From the NCBI RefSeq assembly GCF_036321535.1, contig NC_087437.1, positions 95,730,001-95,794,000 on the forward strand: a stretch of DNA of 64,000 nucleotides. Reading direction: 5' to 3'. The notes below the pieces were generated by a model. That model ran no database searches and was not told the DNA's origin. It saw nothing but the letters and a program-made list of their open reading frames with translations. This document shows positions 1 to 13,149 of the stretch, in pieces. The DNA comes from Camelus dromedarius. Taxonomy: Eukaryota. The position numbers were made by a program, and so were the translations under genes. Numbering within the stretch: the stretch's first letter is position 1; every line of letters starts with the position of its first letter.

Positions 1-822
1 ATCATTCAATGACAGTTTAATAACATTGAGTAAAATAGAACCAGGAACAGTGCTTGACACAAGTGTTACATATTATCACTGCTACTTTTCTTCTTATTAT
101 ATTAATCAAAAGAGAAAAGACCTGAGAAAAATAGTCACATATTTAATCAGAAAGCAACAACACATTTTCATTTATAGTTCAGGAAATTTTGAGAGTATCT
201 TAACAATAATGACAAGGAATATCCACTGCTCTGTTGGAGCTGCCTATACTGCAGTGTAAATAAATTGGCTAAATTTGCCATCAGGGGTTTGGGTTGAAAA
301 GTTAATACCATTACCATTAGCTGGCTATGGGGATTTTGAAGTATATCCCTAAACTGCACTGAGCCTATTTTCCCATTTCTCATGTAGCTAATGTGGTGAA
401 TACTTCTCAGGGTCATTGTGGAAGAAACTGAGAAAATGCAGCAGTTCAGTAAATATTACAGGATTCCATCAGTTTCAACATACTGCCTTAAATTTTAGAG
501 TTGCCAATCATGACAAAAAGAGCATCGATTGAACTCGTGTTAGATAATCATTAAGCACCTTTACTGTTAATCACCTTAGAGGACTAATCTAAATTAGAAA
601 TTGAGATTTGAGTTTTAATTCATGGTATATGATACATAAACTTAGACCAGGCTATATCTGAGAAAAGCATCACTAATAATTGTAAAATTATCATACAAAC
701 TTCCTAAGCTCAAAATAGAAATTACCTTTGAAAGTGAAAGAAGCTGATCTTCTGAGTCAAGGACTGGAGAGTTTCATCAACCCCAGAAACAGTCAAGGGT
801 AACCCTTGACGGTTGAAATAAG

Positions 823-1070
823 GCAGGGCTATAGTTGCAGTTAAAATATAGGATGCCCAGTCAAATTTGAATTTCACACAAAAACCAACTTTTTAAATAT
901 ATCTCATGCCATAATCGGGTCATACTGAAAAAGGACTGTGATTTATGTGCCATGCAATATTTTGAAATATCTTATACTAAAAAAATTATTGATTGATTAT
1001 AGGAAATTCAAATTTAACTGAACATTCTATTTTTGTTTTGTTTCATTTTGTTGTTAAACCTGGCTCCCCT
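823..1070. mobile_element. MER53-like palindromic hAT MITE
   Basis: Left arm taaaatataggatgcccagtcaaatttgaatttca; right arm ttatactaaaaaaattatt...aaattcaaatttaactg...cctggctcccct. Both resemble the recalled MER53 consensus and are mutually inverted. Confidence 0.8.
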
Positions 1071-2048
1071 TGGCAGGAGACAGGTGATACTGTGTGAGAT
1101 TGTGGTGTGTCCCCAGATGATTCCTCTTCCTGCTACATTTTCAGGATAGAGTAATGGTCCTTAAAACACACCCTGGAAGAAACCCTTTTGTGTTCTCAGG
1201 ACAAATCATTGAGGAGGTTAGATCTCTGGTGCAGAGTTCCTTGCAGTTCAAACACAGACAAGGCCTCCTTGGACAAATTGGTACTTCATCCAATCTGTTG
1301 ATCTCTGTGGTTCTTTTTTATTCCTTTGCATATACCATTTACTTGTCTTAGATTTCCAAAAACACTCTTCTGCTTATTTGAATTCTACTTTACTTTCAAA
1401 GCCACACTTGTCTGTTTGTTCCTGTGGTAGAATGAACACATAATTATCATTTAAATCAAAGCACTTTTAAGAGTAGAGTGGGTCATATTAATTATTACAC
1501 CAGGTGTATAAGGATAAATTACAATTCTTCCATTCAAATCAGGACACATGGTCACCCTATCTCACGGGCACCTCCCCGACCTCTTCCTCTCCTGACTATC
1601 TCACTCCACCATTGTCTGGACCAAGCATTTTGCCATTTGGCATACACTGCCTTCTTTCATGTGAATATTGTTTCATTTCCCATTTCAAAACAGAGTGATA
1701 AATTTGAAATCAGAGACTACCTTATAGTCTTCGTAACTGAACCTTTCCCAGAGAAATTCATACAAAGGAGACATACAGTAAATCTTTGTTGACTAAAATA
1801 TTTTAAAACCCAAAACCTACTGATGCATTGTAATATGTATAATAAAATTCATTATAACACAGGTGTCACTACATGGTGGGTTTGATCATGTCACATAACT
1901 TGCTATGACAAAAATTTGATATATGTGGTTATATACTGTGGCCCTAAGAGCCCCAAATTTGATGGTCAGCTTTTTAGTGTATCACATGATGCAGTAAAAC
2001 AGTTTTTTTTTTTATTATTTCCATTTAAGCATATTTAGGGCTGCAATT

Positions 2049-2142
2049 AAGACACATAAGTTATCAGATGCTAGTAGAAAAAAAAATGGTGAGATCTAAA
2101 TAAAGCCTATAGGTGAGTTAATAAAAAAAAGACACATAAGTT
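2049..2142 (+). mobile_element. Short L1-mediated retro-insert (66 bp) with 14-bp TSD
   Basis: aagacacataagtt at 2049-2062 and 2129-2142. Insert has AATAAA at 2099-2104 and an A tail from 2123. Left junction tt|aaga resembles an L1 endonuclease site. Confidence 0.75.
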
Positions 2143-2929
2143 TTATGTTGTGCATATCATTAGTAAACAGTAGCTTGAAGCTTAGAGCTGATAACTTACA
2201 GTGTGAATTCTATTCCAGGGAAAGATTGACTTAAGTTGTCCTATTTTTATAAGTTATTTTGACTTTTAAATGCTAAGTTTGTCTTAATGTGTGCCTTTTG
2301 GGATTTGAGAATGTTTGTGTTTGTATATTTCTATTATGTCAGTAATAAATTTGAGAAAATGAATATAAAAGGCCGATGAGAATTTTGGAATGTCCTCTTT
2401 GTACAGTTAGTATAATTGCCATGAATTTGGCCAGGTGTAGCTAAACGATATTTCAGGCAAAAAACTAATAGCAAAGTTTTTACACAGTAATTTCCTGGGC
2501 AAGGTTCAACAAAATGAAAACTCATCAGAAGCCCTGCTGGGATTCCATCACCAAGCATTTATTTGTAGTCGCATGTACACCTGCTTACATAGTAATAATA
2601 CACTAGTGAGTTAAGTCGCTATGCCAATGCAAATTAGCTTTATTTTGAATCTAACACTGGAATCTAGCAGATATACCAACCAGACAAATGAATTGCCACT
2701 GTATGGATAGGGAAAAAATTCTGTAGCTTTTGCCTGTTTCTCTTATTTCTTTTGATTGTAGATAACCTTTTATGAAAACCTTTCCTTCAGTAGCTCCTAC
2801 CATTTAGATGAAGAATTTGCAGCATATGCCTTGCTCCACTGGCGCAGCCATCTTGAGCAATATAAGCATGCCGTCTGCAATGTGATTTTTCAACCCAAGA
2901 GATCCTATGCCGCTTAATTCTAACTTAAA

Positions 2930-3075
2930 ATCAATTCAGCAAATACTTACAGAGGACCAACTCTGTGTAAGGCATTATACAAGGTGCTGGAGGTTGGGGC
3001 AGAGCCTAAAAGATGAGTAGGACTATCTCCTGATCTAAGAGATTTCTAAAATAGTAGTGGAGATAAGATAAACAC
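2930..3075 (-). mobile_element. L2 3'-end fragment
   Basis: attcagcaaatacttacagaggaccaactctgtgtaaggc is a typical antisense L2 tail. Confidence 0.6.
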
Positions 3076-3739
3076 TCACAGGACTCTATGGCAAATTACA
3101 AAACTGAAAAAGCCACAAGTTGCCGCAGAGAAGAGGAATAACAAACCCAAAGTCACCGTAATCAGTAAAGGATTGACACAGGAGATGTCTCATCAGATAG
3201 TTTTAATGTGTAGTAGGATTTAAACATGTTGAAGTTAGTGAAGAGGGAAGAAGGGCAGTCCTTTAACATGATGGCCCCAGCATGAGTAAAGGAAAGGCAG
3301 TGGGAAAGAGGAAGGCATGTTTTGCTAAATAGCCAAGAGTTCCGTTTAGCTGCAGTGTTTTTGCGTGCCTCTACATGGAAGCAGGCAAGGTAAGTCTGGA
3401 AAAGGAGGAGAGTCATATGTCTAATTATTAGACATCTTTTGAGAGCTTATGCCATGCAAGGCACTGCTGGGTTTAGAAGTTGGGAATTCAACAGGATTTC
3501 CGTTATTGAGATTTTTTTTTTTTTTTTGAGGAAGGGAGATATGTGGTCATAATTTTTAATGTGTAACTCAAAATATAACTGTGTAAGGACCCATTTCTAG
3601 TCCAGATACACATCTTTTCCTGCTGGAAATGCTCTAGGTGTTTTTATAAAGAAGCATAAAAGAGACTTATACCAGCATTGTCTGAATTTGCTTATTATAT
3701 GAACCTCTCCACTGTTACTCTCTCTCCTCTGCTGGGTGA

Positions 3740-4183
3740 TGTATTGGTTTCCCAGGGCTGCCACAACAAAAGACTATGGCCTAGCTGGCTTAAAACAACA
3801 GAAATTTCAGAGCGTACAGCCTGGAAGTCCAAAATCAGCACGTTGGCAGGTTTGGTTCATTCTGAGTGGTCTGAGAATCTGTTCCATGCCTTGCTTCTAG
3901 CTTCCGGTGACCGCCAGCAATCCTTGGCATTCCTTGAGTTGCACCTGCATCACTCCAGTCTCTGCCTCCATCTTCACATGGCCTTTTCCTCAGATCTCTA
4001 TGTCTGTGTCTAAACATTCCTCTTCTTATAAGAACATCAGTTAAATCGGATTAAGGCCCAGCCCATTCCTAACTTTTTTAAACCTGCTAAGACCGTATTT
4101 TTGAACAAGGTTACATTCATATGTATTGGGGGTTTGTACTTTAGAATATCTTTTTGGGGAGAGACACAATTCAACCTGTAACA
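3740..4183 (-). mobile_element. MLT1 (MaLR) solo LTR
   Basis: Starts tgtattggtttcccagggctgccacaacaaa...ggcttaaaacaacagaaattt and ends acacaattcaacctgtaaca, the typical antisense MLT1 termini. Confidence 0.85.
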
Positions 4184-4239
4184 GATAGTTAGGCTTTAAA
4201 ATATGTATGTATACCAAAGAATTAATATTCTTATAAATA

Positions 4240-4345
4240 CGCCTCAGTTTCTTTATCTATACAATATAATAATACTGCCCTCCTATGATAGCTGTGAAGA
4301 TGAAATTTAATATCATGTGAAAGAGCCTAGCATGAGGCAGGCTTA
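4240..4345 (+). mobile_element. MIR fragment
   Basis: MIR core gcctcagtttctttatctataca...ataatactgccctcctatgatagctgtgaagatgaaat. Confidence 0.7.
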
Positions 4346-4430
4346 GCTGTGTGCTTGGTGTTTGTATTAGTACTCTTAGTTCGGGTACCTGTTTTCAGAA
4401 GTAGCTTCAGAAAAAGATTTGCACTATGTT

Positions 4431-4510
4431 CTATACAACTGTCTTATTCTTGTATCTATACAACTATATCTTATTTTCACTGTGTTCGATACAACTATCT
4501 TATTCTTATC
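4431..4510. repeat. Degenerate tandem repeat (3 copies of atacaact..tcttatt)
   Basis: atacaactgtcttattc / atacaactatatcttattt / atacaactatcttattc. Confidence 0.7.
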
Positions 4511-7500
4511 ACATCTCACCAGTTTAAAACAAAGCTATAGGTGTCATAGACATGGGCAAAAGAAGTACATGATTCAGAAAGGATATTCAGTTGTCCTAGA
4601 ACTTTCTTTAACCTTGGACTTTTCCACCAGAAAACAAATATATAGAACACTTGCAAAATTGCTACCTAGCAATTTTGTTTTCCCACTCTGTAATAGTCCT
4701 AGACATATTTATACCGTAAGGCAGCATTAGATTTTGGCTAATTGATGAATTAGATAAATCTAGTTGCTTATGACTTTCTTCTATTTTTTTTTCTCTCAGT
4801 ATGGGATGGCTGGGTTTTAATGCTCTGGATAATCACCTGTACTTTATGAATTTCTTTGCCCTTTGTCACCAGCACATGCAAATTTAAATTCAATGCAAGA
4901 GTGTCATCTGGCAGGTTTCTCCAATCTCAAAAAGGTAAATTCCCAAACCTCAGTTGAAGTATTTCTATTTTAGCCTGAATTTTCAAGGTAATTGCCTCCT
5001 TGTGTCTTCACTAATTTGGTTTGTGCAGATATAATCACATGAACAAATGTGTGTTAATGGAAAGCTTTCTTAGCTGTCAGTGAGCTGGACATCCAGAGGG
5101 CTGGGATATGGGAATTCTGGAATTTATAATCCTTTTCTCTCTGCCATTAATTAAAAGTGCCCCAGAGACAGATTGGGAGTGACCCAAGGTGAAGGGGCTG
5201 GAGGTTAAGCCTTTTAGCTTTGAGCCTCCAGTTTGAATCTGATCTAAGCTGGTAATAAACAAAAGCTACTGCTATTTGATATCAGTATGGGGACCCATGT
5301 GAAATGAACTAGTAATCTTAGGCTCGTTCTGGTGGACAGGTGTCCTCACACAGCCAGGGTTGATAGCCTCTGCAGAAGAACCCAGCAACCTCAAAAAGAT
5401 GGAAATAAAATGGCTTCACAAATGCTCTCGTTCCTTGCTGGACTGCTGTTGAGTCACATGAAGAGTATGAATCCTTAGGATGCCATTTGTCTGGCTTGTA
5501 AAAGGCTATGGAAATAAAAGAGATCAGGGCAGGCTTAATAAGACCCAGATAGTGGGTCAAATGAGAATCAGGCGGTGGGTCTAAGAGACATTTAATATCC
5601 TTAGCTTCTCATTTTTTCCCCCTTTCTGTTTGGTTGTCATGGGAGTCTGTGTTTGTGGAAGAAACACTGATTGTATTTGCCCAGGGCAGATGTGTATACC
5701 CTCTAGCCATCATATTTGGCATTAACAGAAGGACAGAAGGATGCATGGCTGGATAGAAAGAAAAGGAGTCATACTGGTAATCCTGGCAGCAAAAATCAAA
5801 TGTTGCAAGTATTAAAAAAAATTTTTGTTTAAAGACATCATGTATTGAATTGAAATAAAAGCAAAGCTTTTATTACTGAACTGAGGAAGACTATTCAGAA
5901 CTTAGTTTACTCTAATTTTGTTGTTACAGTTAATTTGAGTCCGGTAGTACTTTTACCCATTTTAAAAATAAGGCTTATTAAGGAAACTCTGGTTTTTTTT
6001 TTTTCAATAACCAGAATGCGGAAGCCCTGGGGAATTAAATGGAAGAAAAAAAAATCCAACCTTCAATGTACTTAAATTTATTTTTCTTTTCATTGATATT
6101 AACTGTAGCTTGCTGTTTTAGTAAGCTTCAGTAGGCAAAAATTACTATTTCTCTCTGAATCAGGTTTGTGAGTTTGTGTGTGTGTGTGTGTAGTACCAGC
6201 TTTATGTATACATCCTAGTGCTAGAGAAATAACAACATGCTCTTTAGCACTTTTTTTCTGACATTCTTCAGAGACAAATTCATCAGACTATGGTGAATAA
6301 TACCAGGAATGTCATGTCTGGCTAAGGTCTGATCACCACAAACATTTGAAGAACCTATCAGTTTGTTTTCTTGATTTACTTTTTCTTTAGAATGTCTTAA
6401 CTTGCTTTTGCTCCTTTTTGTAACTCATCCAAAACCAAGTTATTCCATTTTTTTTTCTGTTTGTTTAGTGATTGCATTTTGATGGCATTATAATACCATT
6501 ACTTGAGTCTGGAACTTTTAAAACTCCTTTTTCCATCTCTTCATTCCCCTATCCTGGCATACCGTTCTTTCATTTCCTACTGGGAGATAATCTGATACTT
6601 TCTTGTAAAATGTTAATGCTTGATTATGGACTAAATATAAAAGTTTAACCATATTAAATTATCTGTATGTGTTTGCTTTTGACATAGAATGGTAGTTTCA
6701 TATGGTTCAGCCTTACCACTCCTTAATTTGCATTTAAGAACACAACTCCAATGGTTTCTCATGGTAATATTAAGGTATTACTGTCATGGCAGTCAGTGAC
6801 AAAGATATTTTTGAAGATGAAAACCTTCTATCACAATCTGCAAAATTCCATCATGTGAATCATTATTATTATGCACAGAAGTGGCATATATCTTTTGTTT
6901 CCGAGGATGGCATAAGTGTGGTATTAAACTTTAGAAATTGATCACAATATGAAGTTATGTATTGGTTCACTTGGAGATTTAAATTTTTAACAAGAATGAG
7001 TGCTTGCTATGGTATTATTTCAGTACCATTTTAATAAAACAGTAGCTTTAAAATTAGCAACTATTTGTCATGAAATTGCTATCCATTGATTGTCTCATTA
7101 AACTGCCATATTCCTTTAGTATGCAGATCTTGACAATATTCCCAACGTCACTGGCCTTAAGATTCTAGGGAGCCATCCAGGAGCTATTGAGATTTTGAGG
7201 CCATATCCAGATAATCAGATAAACCAGGTGTGGTTTTATCCCTTTTGAAAATGAACAAATTCCAGCTTAGAAGCTCTAAGTAGTTGCCCAGGGACCCAAC
7301 CAATATTTCTAGAACTGGGTTTTAAACTGAATTCAGTTGGACTCAATATACCTCCTTTCACTGAACCACAGAGGAAACTTTCTTCTGGTGACACTGCATG
7401 ACATTTTCTGCTTTAAATGTACTTTATTTACAACCAGCATAATTAAGACATCACTGAAAATCACAAGACTACTTCTATTTACAATATATTTAGAGACTTC

Positions 7501-7994
7501 AGTTGTGAAATGCATTGTTCCAACTGATTATGTTCATCAGAAAAAATTTTTGTTTCAATCCTTGTGGTTAGAAAATTTTCTGAAACATATTTGCTTGTTT
7601 CCCAGCTTAAAATTCTAGAATTTATTTGTTGAATACATACACTCAGGAAATATTTACTGAGCATCTACTATGTATCAAGAACTTCACAATAGGGAAGATC
7701 AATGTTACTTGTGATGTGTTCGAGGCGATTGTATACTGATTATAATTAATCTTTTTTTTTTTTTTTTTGGTCTGAATATCTTGTATATCTCAAGTTTATT
7801 ATCATGGGGGTCAGTTTTCATTACATTAAATATAATGTGTATATAGTGTGGGAATATGAGCTGAGCCCCACACATCTTGGGCATGGCCAGCATGTAGCAT
7901 ATGGGGTTACATCTTTTTTTTTTTTTTTTAATGACTTGATTCTTCCTTCAGAACTACAAAAAGGTCTTCAGCAATTCAAGTCCTTAAATTTATA

Positions 7995-8540
7995 AATATT
8001 TACCAGTCACCAACTATGTATCAAATATGGTACTGGTCCCTGGCTGGTTAGAAAGGAGGTATGGAGAATAACTGACAATAACACAAAAATAAATCAGTCA
8101 CTGCAAGTGTGAAGAGTTATCACGGAGAAAAAGATTTGATGATAGTGCTAATGACAGTGTGATGATAACTAGTAAAAGTAGAGTGGTCCAAATTAATGAG
8201 GAGCTAACATTTAATCAAAAAGACCTGAAGAGAGAGAAGGGAATCAACTCTTCAAAGAACTGGTGAAGAAATTCCAGGCAGAGGGAACAGCTTGTGCTGA
8301 AATTCTAGAGTAGAGCAGAGCACAGCATGATGCAGGAAGAAAAACAGTGTCACTTGAGCTGGAGCAGAATTCAGAAGAATAAGAAAGGGATTCAGTAGAG
8401 CTAACTGAATTGAAGCAGAAATGAACAGGTACCTTCATTCCAGTTATTTAAAATTTTACTTTATTTTTGAACCTAAATGCAAGGAGAAGTGTTTCACTGA
8501 GGCTCGAGAAGAATGCCCTGTAATTCTGATTACACTAGAG
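7995..8540 (-). mobile_element. L2 fragment
   Basis: gaagaaattccaggcagagggaacagcttgtgc is a hallmark antisense L2 motif in purine-rich context. Confidence 0.7.
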
Positions 8541-9549
8541 AAGGGTCACCACTAACTAGCCCACTTCCACCTGCAATATTTTTTTAAGGCAAAAATTGAA
8601 TTCCTTATGATTCTATAAGTAAATATATTTGTTTCTTAACTTCTATAATGAAAATACAACATAAGAGAGCTGATGTTACCTTGTTACATCAACTATCGAA
8701 AAAAATTGCAAAAATAAACTCTATTTTATCCATCCATTATAGAAATCACTTTCATTAAATCCTTAGTTTTAGCCACAGAAAGTAGATTAGCATAAGTCCC
8801 TTTGGACTAGCTATTAATGCTGTTCCATGAACCATTTAAAAGGAGTTTTAAATTTAATCTCTTCAGTGTTCCCTGAACACACCTTTGAAAAAAATAATTA
8901 TTTTCTGGAGTCATGGACACACACTACTTTGAGGTCAATAAAATTACTTTTTTTTAGGCTTTACTTACAGGGAAAGAAATATATCTTGGGGTACACTGGA
9001 TTGCCATATTAGGAATGAAGATAATTAAGGGTTATATTTTGCAATAGGGTTCCAAAACTACAGTCTCGAAGGACCTATATTTGTAACTGCATTTTCAATT
9101 GCCAATTAGATAAAGAGTATATCATGTGAATCCACAGAAGTGTGCTCAAGCTACACTGTTTTCCCCTTGTAAATATGGTATTCAAGGGAATTTTGTAGGC
9201 CAAATTCAATTTCACTTGTAGCTGGTCTATTTCAGAGTCATGATTTGACTATGATATACACTAATATCTATATTACTAAATTGTATATTTAATGTTATTT
9301 TCCAATATATAAAATATTTGTAATAGTTTTTACCCAAGAAACACAGGTGAAAAAAATAAAATGAAGATAAAATTATTAAGTACAATGGAATATAAAATAA
9401 AACTTTCAGTAATAAATCAAGCAAAATCTTTGAAGAAACAGAAGTTTTAGGTTTCTCTTTATAAATTATGTAATTTGAAGATTAACTAGGTATAATGGAA
9501 TTCACTATGCCTTTAGTTTCTTGTACATAATAATGTTAAGGTCTGAGAA

Positions 9550-9740
9550 TCCATTCAATTATTTAACAAATAAACCACTTCTGAGCACATAATACATGCC
9601 TTAGTGTAATCTAGAGAATAGGGAAAAGTAAAAGATGAATATGAAGTAATCTCTACCGTCACAGAGCTGACATTAAAAACAAATACATTCAAGAAAATGT
9701 TATAGGTGTTATAATGACAGTACAGTCATGACACAATGCG
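9550..9740 (-). mobile_element. L2 3'-end fragment
   Basis: cattcaattatttaacaaa...ctgagcac...ctaccgtcacagagctgaca. Confidence 0.55.
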
Positions 9741-9974
9741 ATCACAAGCTGTAATGGTAAAAATGAAAGAAAATCAACTTCTTGAATTTATTTCTAACTA
9801 TTAAAAACCTTAGATTATTTCACAGTGACATTTAAAACTTTTCATGCTGAAGATACAAAGATCTACCAATACTAATCTGATTAAATAGTGTGTAACTAAT
9901 CTTCCAAATATTTTGTCATTCAGTAAAATGAAGAGTAGCCAGTTTCGAGGAATACAGATAAAATTTTAATTAAG

Positions 9975-9998
9975 AGCGCGCGTGCGCGTGTGTGTGTG
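9975..9998. repeat. (GC)n/(GT)n alternating purine-pyrimidine microsatellite
   Basis: gcgcgcgtgcgcgtgtgtgtgtg. Confidence 0.85.
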
Positions 9999-10004
9999 AA
10001 AGAG

Positions 10005-10210
10005 AGACTTAGTTTGAAGATCTAGGTTAAAATTGTAGCCTTAATACTTACTAGCCTGTGAAATTAAGAAAAACACTTAAACTCTCTGAAATCCAGTTTT
10101 TTGATTGCTAAGAATACGCATTATTTTCCTAATTACTGGCCAGGGTCATCACCAGAAGTGAGATGATATGTGTGAAACCCACATGGAATGTTCTATAAAT
10201 TATAGATATT
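10005..10210 (+). mobile_element. MIR (decayed)
   Basis: ctaggttaaaatt...acttactagcctgtga...cacttaaactctctgaaatccagttt...tgagatgatatgtgtgaaa. Confidence 0.6.
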
Positions 10211-11199
10211 GTAAGTCTGTTTAAGTGTCTTTTCCCATTGCATCATAGTATGTAAGTCTACACCTTCTTTACTGCTAACTGTGATGTTCATCTTTGTATT
10301 CTTAGCACCTAAAGAGTACCTGGTGCCTGATGAATATACAACAAATACTTGATGAAAAAAATTAATCTACTAATTACTATTTCTATATAAATGTGCATTT
10401 AAAAGTAAAAAGTCCCCAACGTATCTGAATATTTAGTCTTTATCTGAATCTTTAGAGCAAAGAGAAAGCTTGATATTTGAAAATATATGTATTTTTAGTG
10501 GGAATATTGAATCCATATAGACCGATCTCCCAGTATAATCTAAACATTCAGTTAATTTTAACCAACATTAAGGCTTTGTATTCTTAAAATTAGAATACAC
10601 TATTCCATAGTAACAATGTGTGTCCACCAAGCAGAGAGATTCAATTTTAGACTTGGTAACATTTAGAATAACATTCTTCTAGAAGTTTCTCTAAGCAAAT
10701 AGACACACACACACACACACACACCTACTTCATAAGTATACTCACATTATGCATGTTATTTTAAATTTTGATATTTTTACTGAACAGAAAATAGTAAACA
10801 ACATTCTATATTAGCAATTATAATGATCATTTATAAAAGCTGTATAGTGTTCCACTTTGTGGGTACACCATAACAACAGAAAATTTTGTTTCTTATGAGT
10901 CATAATTTAAAATAATATCACATTTTCTGCCTTTTATTGGATTATTCCCACTAGTAAACAAATATGTTCTAATGTGTTCCCTGTTTAAAAAAGAAATCTC
11001 TCTTGACCGTATATATTCCTGCATATAGTTCATGTTTCTCGTTATAATTCAAAATCTCAATAAACTTGTCTACATAAATATTCTTAAAACACTTTAAAAA
11101 TAATTTTGAAAAACTGAATATCCTCTTGTATGTTTCAGTTGACTTCCACTTTTTATTAGTATAAATACTTGCAAAGAATATAGTATTTGCATACTGACA

Positions 11200-11705
11200 T
11201 TTTAAAATAAATCATCAGTAATTAGACATATCGACATCACGTGCCTCCTAATGTGATGCCCTGACAAGGACACAGCATCATTTCTGTTGTATTCTTCACA
11301 GAATTTCTGTTGTATTCTGCCCAAAGTGTATAACCTGAATTTAATTGTGAAGAAACATCATACAAACTCAAATTGAGAAATACTTTACAAAATAACCGTC
11401 CACTGCCCATCAACAGTCTCAAGATTATGAAAGACAAAGAAAGACTGAGGAACCCTCTCAAATTAAAGGTGGTTAGGAATAATAACTGAATGCAGTGTGT
11501 GATCAGGGATTGGATCCTGGACCAGAAAAAGGACATGAGTCAGATGGTTGAAGCTACTTGAATAAGATCAGTTAATTAGCATTGAATTGATGTTAGTTTC
11601 TTAATTACTATTACATTTGGGGTTATATATGAGGTTGACATTTGAGGAAGCTGAAAGAAGAATGTTCAGGATTTACATTTACTACTTGTAAATAATTCTA
11701 AAATG
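11200..11705 (+). mobile_element. Old L1 (L1MC/MD-type) 3' UTR fragment
   Basis: ggacacagcatcatttctg...taacctgaatttaattgtgaagaaacatca...gaaagacaaagaaagactgaggaac...ggattggatcctggaccagaaaaagg. Confidence 0.8.
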
Positions 11706-12246
11706 AGATAGATTCAGCATCAATTGTTCTTCCTTTCTGTTTTGTTTTTATTTTGTTGCTGTCTACAAATGTAAGCACTGAACTATCTTAATTAAATAAA
11801 CAAAAAGATGAAGGAATTTTGTTATCAATGGGAATCCTTCAATTTCCTTTTATTTATTTATTTTTTGAACTCCTTTTATTATGTTCAAAATAAAAAGTGT
11901 TTTTATAAAAATATTTTTGATAACCTAATAGCTGCAATTTTACTGGGTCTTCCTGCAACTTTATTGAAAACAAATAATAATTGAGCACATTGCATCTGAG
12001 TCATTCTCTTTCTCATTTTGTGGAAGAAATATCAAAAATATTTTATTCAAACATATAAAATAACTAATAATTACATTGTTATATTTTTACTTAGAGAAAC
12101 AATGTTCAAATCTACATAGCCAGAAAGTGCTGAGAAAATCAAAATAGTAATTAATTTCAATATAACTTTATAATATATTATTTTTTCAAATAAAATACTT
12201 TTATCTTATCATGTTCCTTAAAAATATTTGTCAAAATGTTGGAACT

Positions 12247-12288
12247 TCAGATGACATCAGACATGATCAGGGTGGTATGGCCATAGAC
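12247..12288 (-). pseudogene. 5S rRNA tailless retropseudogene (nt ~1-42)
   Basis: Minus strand reads GTCTATGGCCATACCACCCTGATCATGTCTGATGTCATCTGA versus 5S GTCTACGGCCATACCACCCTGAACGCGCCCGATCTCGTCTGA, with mostly CpG-type differences. Flanked by the direct repeat aaaatgttggaacttcagat (12233-12252, 12289-12308). Confidence 0.92.
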
Positions 12289-13149
12289 AAAATGTTGGAA
12301 CTTCAGATTTACCCCATTCATTTTAGGGAAAATATCTACAATATTAACCTACTTGTCAGAGCCAGTTTTCAGTGTCAAACTAACTAGTCACATCAGACTT
12401 ATTTTCTGTCAGGAAAAAACAAAAACAAGCACATGATGTAATTAAAAATTCAAATAGATACGGTAAATGTGTTGTAAGGAATATTACAAAAATATCAAAA
12501 ACCAAATTAAATACTGAAAACAGCCTGTAAAAAAGAATACTAAAAGCAATCAATATAATCTAATTTAATAAAGCTATGCACATTTATAAGTTATAAAACA
12601 ATCATAAGTCTAATGGCTGTTTCTTTTTACTGATATTTTTAAATAATCCAATGCTATATGAAGCTAAAACTGTCAGTCATTTAGGAGGCAAAATATAATT
12701 ATATGATATTTCTTTCATAAATATATGTATATGCATATTTTCAATTCTATTGTTAAGTTTTGAGGAATAGTTAAGAAATAGTCATAGATAAAAGTTCAGA
12801 AATATCTCTATTAATTTCATTAAACATCACAAGCAATATTTTTCTATTTAATGAAAGGCAAATATATATATTGATAACAATTATTATGAGCTAGCATGTA
12901 ATTTTAATTTTCAGTTATAAGAAGTAAAAACTATTAGAATTTTATAGATGAAATAGGGTGGTATTGACTATTTCTAGAAAAAAAAATTCCCATATAATTG
13001 GTAAAACAGATTTTAGCTTCCCTATTTGAATAGCACACACTTAATCCAAAAGATCTATAAATTTTTTCATAGGTTATACTCATTATAAATTATAAATTAA
13101 CATTTTTGCTTCTTATTATTTGGTAATATGTATCATTAAATAGCCTGTT

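Noticed and set aside
4431..4510. CRISPR-like repeat-spacer array
   Set aside because: Only three short degenerate units in mammalian DNA with no cas genes; ordinary slippage duplication.
12247..12288. Functional 5S rRNA gene
   Set aside because: Only about 42 of about 120 nt are present, it is mutated, and it has no internal promoter or terminator.
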